Shown here: positions 51,962-61,387 of the stretch, in pieces
Position numbering within the stretch: the stretch's first letter is position 1
Layout of the letters: every line of letters begins with the position of its first letter
The notes under the pieces: model-generated
What the model saw: the letters and a program-made list of their open reading frames with translations, nothing else
Told to the model about the DNA's origin: nothing
Databases searched by the model: none
NCBI GenBank assembly: GCA_963827475.1
Contig: CAWHAZ010000005.1
Location: 128,001 to 192,000 of the forward strand
From: an uncultured Chloroflexia bacterium
Lineage (GTDB): Bacteria > Chloroflexota > Limnocylindria > QHBO01
DNA: 64,000 nucleotides
Direction: 5' to 3'
Made by a program: the position numbers and the translations under genes

Positions 51962-52630
51962 GTGCTGGAGTTCATCGACCAGACGGTCATTCCCTTCTTC
52001 CTGGACCTGTACGACGCCCTCGGCTATGTCGGTGTCGCGGTGGGAGTGGCGCTCGAGACGTTCATTCCCATCCTGCCGTCGGAGGTCATCGTGCCCATGG
52101 CGGGCTGGAAGATCTCCCAGTCGGCCACGGATCCGGCGGTCACCGAATGGCTGACCGATGCGCCCTGGACCTTCATCGGGGTCATGGTCGCGGCCACCCT
52201 CGGCGCGGCCGCCGGCTCGCTGGCCGGCTACCTCATTGGCGCCTGGGGTGGGCGCCCGCTGCTGGACCGATACGGCCGCTACGTCCACATCGAGTCCGAT
52301 GACCTCGACCGCGCCGACGCCTGGTTCGCCCGCTATGGCGAATGGGCGGTGTTCTTCGCGCGCTTCGTTCCGCTCCTCCGCGCCCTCATCAGCTACCCGG
52401 CCGGCGTGGCCCGCATGCCGCTGGGCAGGTACATGATCTTCTCGGTGGCGGGCTCGATCCCGTGGAACCTGGCCCTGGTCACCGCCGGCTGGCTGCTGGG
52501 CGAGAACTACGACGCGCTGTACGAGACGATCCGCCCGTTCGAGATCCTGATCTACGTGGTCGTGGTCCTGGGCGGCGCCTTCATCCTCATCCGCTGGATC
52601 CGCGGCCGCGGTTCCCCGCTGGAGGTTTGA
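51962..52630 (+). CDS. DedA family protein
   Basis: LPSEVIVPMAG, WFARYGEWAVFFARFVPLLR, PAG. Confidence 0.92.
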   Translation: MLEFIDQTVIPFFLDLYDALGYVGVAVGVALETFIPILPSEVIVPMAGWKISQSATDPAVTEWLTDAPWTFIGVMVAATLGAAAGSLAGYLIGAWGGRPLLDRYGRYVHIESDDLDRADAWFARYGEWAVFFARFVPLLRALISYPAGVARMPLGRYMIFSVAGSIPWNLALVTAGWLLGENYDALYETIRPFEILIYVVVVLGGAFILIRWIRGRGSPLEV

Positions 52631-52677
52631 CCGGCAACGCCTCGAGTGGCACGATCGATGGGCAACTGAACGAATCC

Positions 52678-52863
52678 ATCGCTCTCGGGGCGGGGTGAAA
52701 CTCCCCACCGGCGGTCGGTCCGACTGAGTCGGGCCAGCCCGCGAACCCCCTGAGGCCGGCGGCTGCGGAGAGGGCCACCGGAACCACCTCGCGGGGCCGA
52801 CCTGACCCCGGCATCAGCCGGGCAGACAGGGCCGACGGTCACAGTCCGGAAGGGAGAGGGCGA
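52678..52863 (+). ncRNA. FMN riboswitch (RFN element), atypical P4/P5 region
   Basis: GGGGCGGGGTGAAACTCCCCACCGGCGGT...AGCCCGCGA...GCCGACGGTCACAGTCCGGAAGGGAGAG. Confidence 0.92.
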
Positions 52864-52988
52864 GCACGAGGCGTTCCTCCGACGACCCGCGAGACCGATC
52901 GGCGCTGCGCGCAGACCGGGAACCCGCGGCTTGACGGACCGATGCCTCGCCGCTCCCACGCCCCGTGGCGCTGGCGCATGGGAGACCA

Positions 52989-53822
52989 ATGGCGAGCGAA
53001 CGGGAATCCGGTCCGGCGATCACGATCGAGGACCTGACCGTCACCTTTTCCGGCCCCTCAGGGGCGCTCACCGCCCTGGACGGGGTGAGCGGGGAGGTGG
53101 CCGGCGGGGAGCTGCTGGCGGTCATCGGTCCGAATGGCTCCGGCAAGTCCACCCTGCTGCGGGCGCTCGCCGGGCTGCTGCCACCGTCCGCGGGGCGCAT
53201 CGGTCTGGCGCCCGATGGGTCACCGCCGCGCGCCGGCGACGGCCGGGTCGGGCTCGTCTTCCAGCAGCCGCGGCTCCTCGGCTGGCGCGACACGCTCGAC
53301 AACGTCACCCTCCCGCTCGAGCTGGACGGCATGCCCGCCGCCGAGCGCCGCCAGGCGGGGGAGCGGGCGCTGGCCCAGGTCGGGCTGTCGGACGCGGCCG
53401 ATCTCCGGCCTCGCGAGCTCTCCGGCGGGATGCAGCAACGCGTCGCCCTGGCACGGTCGCTCGTCACCGACCCGCCGATCCTGCTCCTCGACGAGCCGTT
53501 CAGCGCCCTCGACGCCCTGACCCGCGACGCGTTCGACGCCCAGCTCGAGGCGCTGTGGCTGGCCGACCGGCGGACCGTGGTCCTGGTCACCCACTCGGTC
53601 AACGAGGCCGTCCGGCTGGCGGACCGGATCTGGGTCCTGACCCCGCGTCCGGGGCGGGTGGGGGCGGACATCCCCGTTCCGCTGCCGCGCCCCCGACCGG
53701 CCAGTGCCACGGCGGACCCGGCGGCGGCGGACATCGAGGCCCGGGTTCGCGCCGCGCTGGCATCGGTCCACGCTCCCGAGCTGGAGGGCTGGGCCGAGGA
53801 GGGGCCCCGGGTGGCGGCATGA
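52989..53822 (+). CDS. ABC transporter ATP-binding protein (TauB/SsuB-like; probable riboflavin uptake)
   Basis: GPNGSGKST, LSGGMQQR, LLLDEPFSALD; first gene after the riboswitch. Confidence 0.92.
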   Translation: MASERESGPAITIEDLTVTFSGPSGALTALDGVSGEVAGGELLAVIGPNGSGKSTLLRALAGLLPPSAGRIGLAPDGSPPRAGDGRVGLVFQQPRLLGWRDTLDNVTLPLELDGMPAAERRQAGERALAQVGLSDAADLRPRELSGGMQQRVALARSLVTDPPILLLDEPFSALDALTRDAFDAQLEALWLADRRTVVLVTHSVNEAVRLADRIWVLTPRPGRVGADIPVPLPRPRPASATADPAAADIEARVRAALASVHAPELEGWAEEGPRVAA

Positions 53823-54571
53823 GCGCGGTCCTGCGACGGTTGGGCCTGATCGCGCTGAGCGCGGTCGGGTTCCTGCTCGTCTGGCAGCTGGTGGTGGTGA
53901 TCGGTGACTACCCCGAGTACATCCTGCCGTCCCCACAGGTCGTTGGCGCCCGCGCGGTGGAGGCGATCCAGAACGGGACCCTCCAGCCGCACCTGGCGGC
54001 GACGCTGGAGGAGAGCGTCATCGGGTTCGCGGTCGGTGCCGCGACGGCGATCGCGATCGGCATCCTGCTGGCCAAGAGCCTGACCGCCGAGCGGGTCCTG
54101 TCGCCGTACCTCGTCGCCGCCCAGGCCATCCCCATCCTCGCCCTGGCCCCACTGATCGACATCTGGTTCGGTGGCGGCCTGACGGCGAGGGTCGTGATCT
54201 GCGCCCTGATCGTGTTCTTCCCGATCGCGATCGCGACCATGGTCGGCATCCGCGGCACCGACCCGCTGCTGGTCGAGATGGCGCGCGCGAACGGCGCCCG
54301 TGGTCCGCAGATCACCCGACTGCTCGAGGTCCCGTCGGCCATGCCCGTCCTGTTCGGCGGGCTGCGGGTGGGGGTGACCCTGGCGGTCATCGGCGCCGTC
54401 GTCGCGGAGTGGGCTGGGGCCAGCGTGGGGCTGGGCGTCCTGATCAACATCGCCGACCAGGGCCTGTTCGACACCCCGCTCATGTTCGTGGCCCTCGGCT
54501 CCCTGGCCCTGCTCGGCCTGACCTTCTACGCCGTCGTCGTCGGCGCCGAACGCGTCCTCGTCCCCCGATGA
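53819..54571 (+). CDS. ABC transporter permease (RibX-like)
   Basis: YILPSP, QAIPILALAPL, WFG, GAVVAEW. Confidence 0.9.
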   Translation: MSAVLRRLGLIALSAVGFLLVWQLVVVIGDYPEYILPSPQVVGARAVEAIQNGTLQPHLAATLEESVIGFAVGAATAIAIGILLAKSLTAERVLSPYLVAAQAIPILALAPLIDIWFGGGLTARVVICALIVFFPIAIATMVGIRGTDPLLVEMARANGARGPQITRLLEVPSAMPVLFGGLRVGVTLAVIGAVVAEWAGASVGLGVLINIADQGLFDTPLMFVALGSLALLGLTFYAVVVGAERVLVPR

Positions 54572-54588
54572 ACCCCGAAAGGAAACCG

Positions 54589-55618
54589 ATGCGCCCTCGC
54601 TCCCACTCCCTGGCCGTCGCGGCACTCATGCTCGCGGTGGTCGCCTGTACGCCGACCGCGTCCCCGAGCCCCAGCGACCTCGCGGAGCCATCCGCATCGG
54701 CATCCGCGTCGTCCGCCGGGCCGCTGCGAGAGGTCCGCCTCCTGCTCGGGTTCCGCCCGGACGTCCAGTTCGCCCCGTTCTACCTCGCCCAGCAGGAGGG
54801 CTTACTTCGCCGAGGCGGGGCTGGAGGTCAGCATCGAGCATGCCGACGGCGGGGAGCTCATCCGCCTGGTGGCCGACGGCCAGGCCGAGTTCGGGGTGGC
54901 CGACGCCACCGACGTCATGATCGCGCGAACCGCCGCCATCCCGGTCACCTACGTCTCCACCCTCTACCAGTTCTTCCCGGTGGCGCTCATCGGCCCGACC
55001 GGCTCGGTCCCGTCGGACCCTGCCGACCTGGCGGGCCTGACCATTGGCACGCCCGGGCGGTTCGGCTCCTCGTGGCACGCCCTGCTCGCCCTGCTGGATG
55101 CCGGTGGGCTCACGCCGGACGACGTCACGATCCGCGCGTACCCGCAGTTCAACCAGGTGGAGGGGCTGCTGAACGGCGACGTCGACCTCATCACCGGCTT
55201 CCGCAACAACGAGCCGCTCCGACTGGGCGCAGAAGGCATGGAGACCGACCTGCTGACCGTCGATGACGTGGCACCGCTGCCGGGGCCGGGCGTGATCGTG
55301 GGTGACGAGCTGCTCGCTACGGACGCCGACCTGGCGCGTGCCTTCGCGTCGGCGGTGGTGGCGGCCCAGCAGGCCATCGTCGAGGACCCCGAATCGGGAC
55401 TCCGCGCGGCCGTGAACGCGATCCCGACTCTTTCCGAGGACGAGGCGACGGCCCTCGCCGTGCTGGAGGCCACGATTCCGATCTGGCTCGGCTCAGGGTC
55501 CGCGGTGGACGGGATCATCAACGAGCCCGCCTGGGAGAGCGGCTACCAGATCATGCTCGACCTGGCGTTCATCGACGGTTCGGTCCCGCTGGAGGAGATG
55601 TTCGTCAACCTCCAATGA
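54589..55618 (+). CDS. NMT1/THI5-like substrate-binding lipoprotein (RibY-like), frameshift near 54800
   Basis: LAVVAC lipobox; GFRPDVQFAPFY, GTPGRFGSS, GFRNNEP; FMN riboswitch context. Confidence 0.85.
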
Positions 55619-56348
55619 GGAAGACGACGCCGGTCACCACGAGGACGACCTCGATGACGGCGATGAAGATCCGCTCGGACATCCGATCCACGATCCGCTT
55701 GCCGATCCAGGTGCCGGTGAGCATGGCCGGCACCATCAGCAGGCCAAGCGCCCCCATGAACGGGGTCAGGATCGCCGCGATGCCGTAGGCGACCAGCTTC
55801 GCCACCTGCATGACCACGCTGGCGGCCGCCTCGGTACCGATGTAGGCGCTCTTCACCAGCCCGGCGGCGAGGAAGAAGGGAGCCATGATCGGACCGATGG
55901 ATCCGACCAGGGCCGACGCAAAGGCGAAGACCGCACCGATGACGGTGAACGTCCGCGGGCCGAGGACGCCGGACGGCCGCGGCCGGAGGTGGCGCCACGC
56001 CACCGACGCCAGCAGGAATGCGCCGATGAGCCGGGTCAACGCCTCCAGCGGGGCGGCGGCGAACAGGAATCCGCCGATCAGCGCGGCCGGGATGCCGCCC
56101 AGCGCGAACCAGCCGACGATTTGCCACGAGATCGAGCCACGGTTGAGGGCCACCCGTGATCCGTTGCTCACCAGGCCGGCGACGGCCAGGATGGGGATCG
56201 CATCGCGAGGCCCGAACAGGGCGACCAGGATCGGGAGCAGGATGGCGGCACCGCCGAAGCCGGCGACCGCGGCCACGATGCTGGCCACGAACGCGCCGGC
56301 CAGCAGCAGCGCCACCTCGGGCAGGTACTCGATGACGGAATCCGCCAT
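55605..56348 (-). CDS. Sulfite exporter TauE/SafE family protein
   Basis: [13 protein letters not shown], multiple TM segments, GTWIG. Confidence 0.85.
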   Translation of the reverse strand: MADSVIEYLPEVALLLAGAFVASIVAAVAGFGGAAILLPILVALFGPRDAIPILAVAGLVSNGSRVALNRGSISWQIVGWFALGGIPAALIGGFLFAAAPLEALTRLIGAFLLASVAWRHLRPRPSGVLGPRTFTVIGAVFAFASALVGSIGPIMAPFFLAAGLVKSAYIGTEAAASVVMQVAKLVAYGIAAILTPFMGALGLLMVPAMLTGTWIGKRIVDRMSERIFIAVIEVVLVVTGVVFLIGG

Positions 56349-56357
56349 CGGTATCGG

Positions 56358-57221
56358 TCAGGCGCGCGAGGGAGATGCCGCCAGGCGCTCCGCGGCGGTG
56401 ACGACCTGGTCGAGGAGCATGATCGTGGTCACCGGCCCGACGCCGCCGGGGACCGGGGTGATCGCCGCCACGACCGGCTGCACCCGCTCGAAGTCGACGT
56501 CGCCGACCACGCCGTCCGGGGTGACGTTGATGCCGCAATCCACGACCACGGTGTCGGCATGCACGTGCTCCGGACCGATGAGGCCCGGCTTGCCGACGGC
56601 CACCACCAGGATCTCCGCCTGCTGGGTTTCGGCGACGACGTCCTCCGTCTCGCTGTGGGCGACCGTCACCACCGCCCCGTGGTTGGCCAGCAGGGCGGCC
56701 GTCGGCTGGCCGACGACCTTCGAGCGGCCGACGACCACCACCCGGCGCCCCGTGATCGACACCTGGTGATGCTCGAGGATCTCGAGCACGGCCACCGCGG
56801 TGGCCGGCACGAACCCCTCCTCGCCATGTGCAAGCCGGTCGGCGTTGACCGGGCTCGCGCCGTCCACGTCCTTGGCCGGGTCGACGAGCGCTCCGATGGC
56901 GTCCGGATCGAGGTGGGCCGGCACCGGATAGATGACGACGATGCCGGTCACCGCGCCGTCCGCGTTCAGGGCGGCCATCGCGGACGCCGCTCCGGTCAGG
57001 TCGACGTCATCCGCCAGGCGGACGTCCGACGGGTGCACCCCGATGGCGCTGGCCGCGCGCGCGAGGCTCTGCGCGTAGTGGACCTCCGGTCCGGTGTCCG
57101 CGAAGCGGACGATGGCGAGACCGGGCGGCCGTGCTTCCGCGGTCAGGGTGGCGACCCGTTCCGTCAGCTCCGCGCGGCGGCGCGCCGCGATCGAGCGGCC
57201 CTCGAGGATCCGGCCACTCAT
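56358..57221 (-). CDS. folD: Methylene-THF dehydrogenase/cyclohydrolase (divergent)
   Basis: [39 protein letters not shown]. Confidence 0.9.
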   Translation of the reverse strand: MSGRILEGRSIAARRRAELTERVATLTAEARPPGLAIVRFADTGPEVHYAQSLARAASAIGVHPSDVRLADDVDLTGAASAMAALNADGAVTGIVVIYPVPAHLDPDAIGALVDPAKDVDGASPVNADRLAHGEEGFVPATAVAVLEILEHHQVSITGRRVVVVGRSKVVGQPTAALLANHGAVVTVAHSETEDVVAETQQAEILVVAVGKPGLIGPEHVHADTVVVDCGINVTPDGVVGDVDFERVQPVVAAITPVPGGVGPVTTIMLLDQVVTAAERLAASPSRA

Positions 57222-57880
57222 CCGGCGATCCGCTGCCGGACCGCCGCGAGCGCCTCGGTCTCCCGGGCGGCCACCACCGACTCCAGCTCGGCGAGCTTCT
57301 TGGCTGCGTCGGATCGCAGCGCGTGCTCCTGGGGCAGGGCCGGGAGGTTGATGGCCACGTTGAAGGCCGCTCCCCGCGCCGCCGCGGCTGCGAACAGGGC
57401 GGCGACCCCGGCGTCGCTGATCGCGTTGCGATTGCCGATGGGAGCCATGCGGGAGGCGAGGTCCAGGACGTCGACGGCCAGGCGCATGACCCGCAGCGGC
57501 ACCTCGGTCGCGGCCACCGACGCCTCGGCGATGGCGGCGGTGCGGGCCGTCCGCTCCTCATCGGTTTCCCGCGGCAGCCGGCGTGCGTCGGCGACGCGGT
57601 CGTACGCCGCGGCGTCCTCCTCGGCAGCGTCCAGCAGCGCGATCCGCAGCTCGCCGGCCGCGGTCCTGATCTGTCTGGCGATGGGATCGACCGCGTCGTA
57701 TCCCGCGCGACCGGCGGTCAGCTCGCAGACCATCTCCACCAGTGCCGCAGCCAGCGCCCCGCCCAGCGCGCTCGCGCTCCCCCCTCCCGGGGTGGGCGCA
57801 CGCGAGGCGAGTCGCTCGGTCAGGTCACGAACGGTCAGCTCGGCCAGCGACGGTCCTGAGGGTGATACGGGGCTGCTCAT
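57218..57880 (-). CDS. Formiminotetrahydrofolate cyclodeaminase (FTCD_C)
   Basis: LASRAPTPGGGSASA, DAAAY, VPL, GNRNAISDA, NVAINL. Confidence 0.92.
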   Translation of the reverse strand: MSSPVSPSGPSLAELTVRDLTERLASRAPTPGGGSASALGGALAAALVEMVCELTAGRAGYDAVDPIARQIRTAAGELRIALLDAAEEDAAAYDRVADARRLPRETDEERTARTAAIAEASVAATEVPLRVMRLAVDVLDLASRMAPIGNRNAISDAGVAALFAAAAARGAAFNVAINLPALPQEHALRSDAAKKLAELESVVAARETEALAAVRQRIAG

Positions 57881-57976
57881 CGGCAGCCGATTGTAGGGGC
57901 AGGCATGTGGATGCCCGGCGGGCCCGCGGGAGAGGGGACGCGGCGCCCACCGGGCGGCTGATTGGGAACCCGGGTT

Positions 57977-58240
57977 CTAGGCGGCGGCGTCCAGGGCGTC
58001 GACGAACCAGCGCCGGCGGCGCGCGTCGAAGACCAGCTCCAGTGACTCGCCCGAATCGACCTCCACCACCACCGTCAGGCGAGGCGAGCTGCCCGCCGGG
58101 TAGGCCGCGCGTTCGTCACGGACGGCGCCCACCCGGGTCACCTGCAGGTCGCGGTCCGCGAACCGGACCCGTGCCGGGACGGCACGCCGGGCATCCCATG
58201 CCACGGAGGCCGCGACCGGGGTGATGGAGACGAGTGCCAT
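57977..58240 (-). CDS. Small SOS-regulated protein, DUF6504/ImuB C-terminal-like
   Basis: 87 aa PARVRFADRDLQV...VVEVDSGESLELVFD...WFVDALD; own promoter with SOS box. Confidence 0.7.
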   Translation of the reverse strand: MALVSITPVAASVAWDARRAVPARVRFADRDLQVTRVGAVRDERAAYPAGSSPRLTVVVEVDSGESLELVFDARRRRWFVDALDAAA

Positions 58241-58247
58241 GCCCCGC

Positions 58248-58276
58248 ACAATACGAACAAATGTTCTAGTTGTCAA
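58248..58276 (-). promoter_or_regulatory. Sigma70 promoter with LexA box in the spacer
   Basis: TTGACA-17 nt-TATTGT-7 nt-ATG; GAAC-AAAT-GTTC at 58255-58266. Confidence 0.9.
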
Positions 58277-59447
58277 GGGGTCGGTCGGAGAACCGCCGAT
58301 CCGGTGCGTCACGGAGGAGACGGGCTCGGGTGATCGCCTTGTCGCCGAACTTGTCGCGGACGGCATCGGTCGCCTCGGCCAGGCGCTGGACGCGCGGCCC
58401 GTCCTCGAACAGGGTCAGCTGCTGGGCGTTCGCCAGGGAGATGGCGGTGATCCCGATCAGCCGGACCGCCCGCCCCGGTTCGAGGGCCCTGTCCAGCAGC
58501 CGACGGGCGGCATCCAGGATGAGCTGCCCGTCGGTCGTCGGGTGCGGGAGGTGGGTCTGGCGGGTGAGGGTCTCGAACCCCTCGTACCGCAGCTTCAGCT
58601 GGACCCCGCCGGCGGCCATCCCATGCCGCCGCAGCCGGCTGGCCACCGACTCGGCGATCCACAGCAGCGTCCCGTCCAGGCCGGACCGATCGGTGACATC
58701 GGTGGTGAAGGTGTGCTCGTGACCGATGGACTTCGGCGCCTGCCCGGAGGTGACCCGCGACCGATCGATGCCCCGCGCCCGTTGCCCGAGCTCGAGGCCC
58801 ATCCGCCCGAAGCGCCGGCGCAGGGTCTCGTCCGGCACGGCCGCCAACTGGCCGATGGTCGTGACCCCGTAGTCGGCCAGCGCCTGCCGGACGCGCGGCC
58901 CGACGCCCCACAACCGGGTCACCGGCAACGGCGCGAGAAACTCCGCCTCCTCCCCGGGCGGGACGATCACCAGCGCGTCCGGCTTACGCAGGTCGGAGGC
59001 GACCTTGGCCACCAGCTTGTTGGTCGCCACCCCGACGCTGACCACCAGGCCAACCTCGTCGCGGACCCGTGTCTTGAGCGCCTGGCCGATGGTCGGCCCA
59101 TCCCCGGCCGGTGCGCCGGTGACGTCGAGAAACGCCTCGTCCATGCTGATCGGCTCCACCAGCGGGGTGTAGTCGTCGAAGACGCCCATCACCTGGCGGC
59201 TGACCTCGGCGTACCGCTCGAACCGGCCCGGCAGGAACGCGGCCTGTGGGCACAGCCGGGCCGCGGTCCGCAGCGGCATGGCGGAGTGGACCCCGAACGC
59301 GCGCGCCTCGTAGGACGCGGCGCTGACCACGCCCCGATCGTCCCGCCGCCCGCCGACGATCACCGGCCGCCCGACGAGCGAGGGATCGTCGAGGACCTCG
59401 ACCGACGCGTAGAACGCGTCCATGTCGGCGTGGATGATCGTGCGCAT
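58266..59447 (-). CDS. dinB: DNA polymerase IV
   Basis: HADMDAFYASVE, SYEAR, SMDEAF, KPD, clamp motif QLTLF. Confidence 0.96.
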   Translation of the reverse strand: MRTIIHADMDAFYASVEVLDDPSLVGRPVIVGGRRDDRGVVSAASYEARAFGVHSAMPLRTAARLCPQAAFLPGRFERYAEVSRQVMGVFDDYTPLVEPISMDEAFLDVTGAPAGDGPTIGQALKTRVRDEVGLVVSVGVATNKLVAKVASDLRKPDALVIVPPGEEAEFLAPLPVTRLWGVGPRVRQALADYGVTTIGQLAAVPDETLRRRFGRMGLELGQRARGIDRSRVTSGQAPKSIGHEHTFTTDVTDRSGLDGTLLWIAESVASRLRRHGMAAGGVQLKLRYEGFETLTRQTHLPHPTTDGQLILDAARRLLDRALEPGRAVRLIGITAISLANAQQLTLFEDGPRVQRLAEATDAVRDKFGDKAITRARLLRDAPDRRFSDRPLDN

Positions 59448-59462
59448 CGGGTTCGAATCCCG

Positions 59463-60614
59463 TCAGTCGGTGCCGGGGTACCGATCGTAGGCGCTCCGTC
59501 CGAGGAGCGGCAGGAGCCGGGCGCCCTCCGCTTCGAGCGCGTCGCGGTCCTTCGCCTTCAGGCGGCCGAAGGGCCGAAGCTCGAGCCGCGGCCCGTCGTC
59601 CGTGATCTGCTTGGGCAGCCACGTCCCGGCCACGGTCCCGTCGACGAGAAAGGTGGGCAGCACGTCGGCGTTCTTGGTGATGACCGCGGCCTGGTGGGCA
59701 GCGGGCAGGACCCGGGCGCGGTGTTTCGTCTCGTAGGCGAGCAACAGGCTGTCCCACCGGGCGAGGAGGCGTGGCGGGGCGGGCGTGTCGGGGTCGGGCC
59801 GGGGCGCCTTCGGCAGGTCGACCAGGGTCCGCCCGCCCTCATCGACGAACTCGACGAGCTCCTCGGCCATGGCCTTCACCACGGCGCGCCAGCGACCGAC
59901 ATTTCGACCACGGCCCACATAGGCGACGAGGTCTTCGACGCTGGCCGGCCCGAACGCGGCCAGGTACCGCCGGGCCAGGTAGGCGGCCGCGCGGTCCGGG
60001 TCAGCGTCCTCGGGACTGGGCGGCCCGAGCCACTCCTCGGCGGGGAGGTAGCGGGCCCGCCCGTACCGCTCACCGGCATACGGGACTTGGATCAGCGGCA
60101 CGGTTCCGCTGAAGTGGCGCCACAACGGACGGTAGGGCGGGATCTCCGTCCGCCCCATCTCCGCCCGCAGGATGGTCTCGATCTCGTTGATCGCCAGCGG
60201 CCGCTCGGCCATGGACGCCAGGACGGCGGGGTGACCCCGAGCGATGCGCTTTCCAAGTGGCGAGGACACCGGGTCACGCTTGAACAAGAGCCGCCACTGG
60301 TCGAGGCGGAACGGGTGGGTCAGCGTCGCCATCGGCCAGTAGTCCGCCGCGCTGACGACGTGGACCGTCATCCGCATCAGCGGCGCCCGGACGATCGTCT
60401 TCCTGGCCCGTGCCCGCGCCAGGTCGACCGGCTTCGCCCGCGCAGCGAGGCGGCTGTGCAGGGCGAACGGCGGCCAGTCCGGGTGCTGGGCCTGGAGCGA
60501 GCCGGCCCGCTCCACCAGCCGCGCGACCGGCGCGCCTGTCAACGGTTCGAGCAGGCCCTGGCGGGCCAGCGTCGCCCGATTCAGAGCCTGGAGAGTGAGG
60601 ATTGGCGGAGACAT
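59463..60614 (-). CDS. AlkZ-like (HTH_42) DNA glycosylase
   Basis: LNRATLARQGLL, LQAQ motif, MRMTVH, RYLAAFGPASVED, WDSLLL, LVDGTVAGTW. Confidence 0.88.
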   Translation of the reverse strand: MSPPILTLQALNRATLARQGLLEPLTGAPVARLVERAGSLQAQHPDWPPFALHSRLAARAKPVDLARARARKTIVRAPLMRMTVHVVSAADYWPMATLTHPFRLDQWRLLFKRDPVSSPLGKRIARGHPAVLASMAERPLAINEIETILRAEMGRTEIPPYRPLWRHFSGTVPLIQVPYAGERYGRARYLPAEEWLGPPSPEDADPDRAAAYLARRYLAAFGPASVEDLVAYVGRGRNVGRWRAVVKAMAEELVEFVDEGGRTLVDLPKAPRPDPDTPAPPRLLARWDSLLLAYETKHRARVLPAAHQAAVITKNADVLPTFLVDGTVAGTWLPKQITDDGPRLELRPFGRLKAKDRDALEAEGARLLPLLGRSAYDRYPGTD

Positions 60615-60665
60615 CGGTCGCGCTCCAGCCTAGCGGCCGCGTCGCGGCCGCCATCGGTCAGGTGG

Positions 60666-61328
60666 TCAGAGCTTGCGAATGACGCCGACGACCTTGCCCT
60701 GGATCTGGAGGTCGGTGGCGTAGATCGGTTCGAGCTCCGCGTTGGCCGGCTGGAGGCGAATCCGTCCGTCCTCGCGGTAGAACCGCTTGAGGGTGACCCC
60801 GTTGTCCTCCAGCAGCGCGACGACGATATCCCCGTCCTGCGCGGTGGCCTGCGGCTGGACGATGACGAAGTCGCCGTCGTCGATCAGGGCATCCACCATG
60901 CTCTTGCCGCGGACGCGCAGGACGTACGAGTCCTCGCGGGCCTGCAGCGAGCGCGGCACGTCCATGGGCTCCGGGTCCTGGTAGGCCTCCATCGGCTGGC
61001 CGGCGGCGATCTCGCCCACGAGAGGGAGCCGGATGACCTCGTGCTCGACCGGCATCCGGAACGGCGTGACCCGACCCCGGGCGCTCGGCGGCGGCGCGAT
61101 CATGGCCTCCCCGGCAGGCGTCAGGCGAAGGGCGCGCGACGAGCGGCCGCCCCGCTCGAGCTGGCCGGCGCGCTCGAGGGCGACCAGGTGGTGATGGACG
61201 GCCGACGTCGACGCCAGCCCGACCGCCTCCGCGATCTCGCGGACCGATGGCGGGTAGCCCCGCTCGGCGACGGTCCGGTGGATGAACTCGATGATGCGCC
61301 TGCGGCGCTCCGCGTCGTGCCGGGTCAC
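60666..61328 (-). CDS. lexA: LexA repressor
   Basis: GYPPSVREI, IAAGQP cleavage site, VRGKSM, TLKRF. Confidence 0.97.
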   Translation of the reverse strand: MTRHDAERRRRIIEFIHRTVAERGYPPSVREIAEAVGLASTSAVHHHLVALERAGQLERGGRSSRALRLTPAGEAMIAPPPSARGRVTPFRMPVEHEVIRLPLVGEIAAGQPMEAYQDPEPMDVPRSLQAREDSYVLRVRGKSMVDALIDDGDFVIVQPQATAQDGDIVVALLEDNGVTLKRFYREDGRIRLQPANAELEPIYATDLQIQGKVVGVIRKL

Positions 61329-61334
61329 CGGGGC

Positions 61335-61364
61335 AGCCTAACAGAACACCTGTTCTAGTGTCAA
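61335..61364 (-). promoter_or_regulatory. lexA promoter with SOS box (leaderless)
   Basis: TTGACA-18 nt-TAGGCT-6 nt-GTG; GAAC-ACCT-GTTC at 61344-61355. Confidence 0.9.
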
Positions 61365-61387
61365 TCTCGGTGCTATCATCCGCGCCC

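Noticed and set aside
1-55618. Frameshifts in about 20 genes (pduO, LAL regulator, fumC, pyrD, kbl, hutU and others) suggesting pseudogenisation or programmed frameshifting
   Set aside because: Single-base indels with motifs intact on both sides, no in-frame stops or slippery sites noticed, and housekeeping genes affected; best explained as long-read consensus error. Short-read polishing would confirm.
59448-59468. CGGGTTCGAATCCCGTCAGTC resembles a tRNA T-arm and 3' end (possible att remnant)
   Set aside because: No D or anticodon arm, no CCA, no integrase or second copy; it sits in a 15-nt gap and overlaps a stop codon.
60633-60651. Palindrome GCGGCCGCGTCGCGGCCGC between lexA and the alkZ-like gene
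   Set aside because: All-GC stem with no U tract; cannot be told from chance at this GC content.
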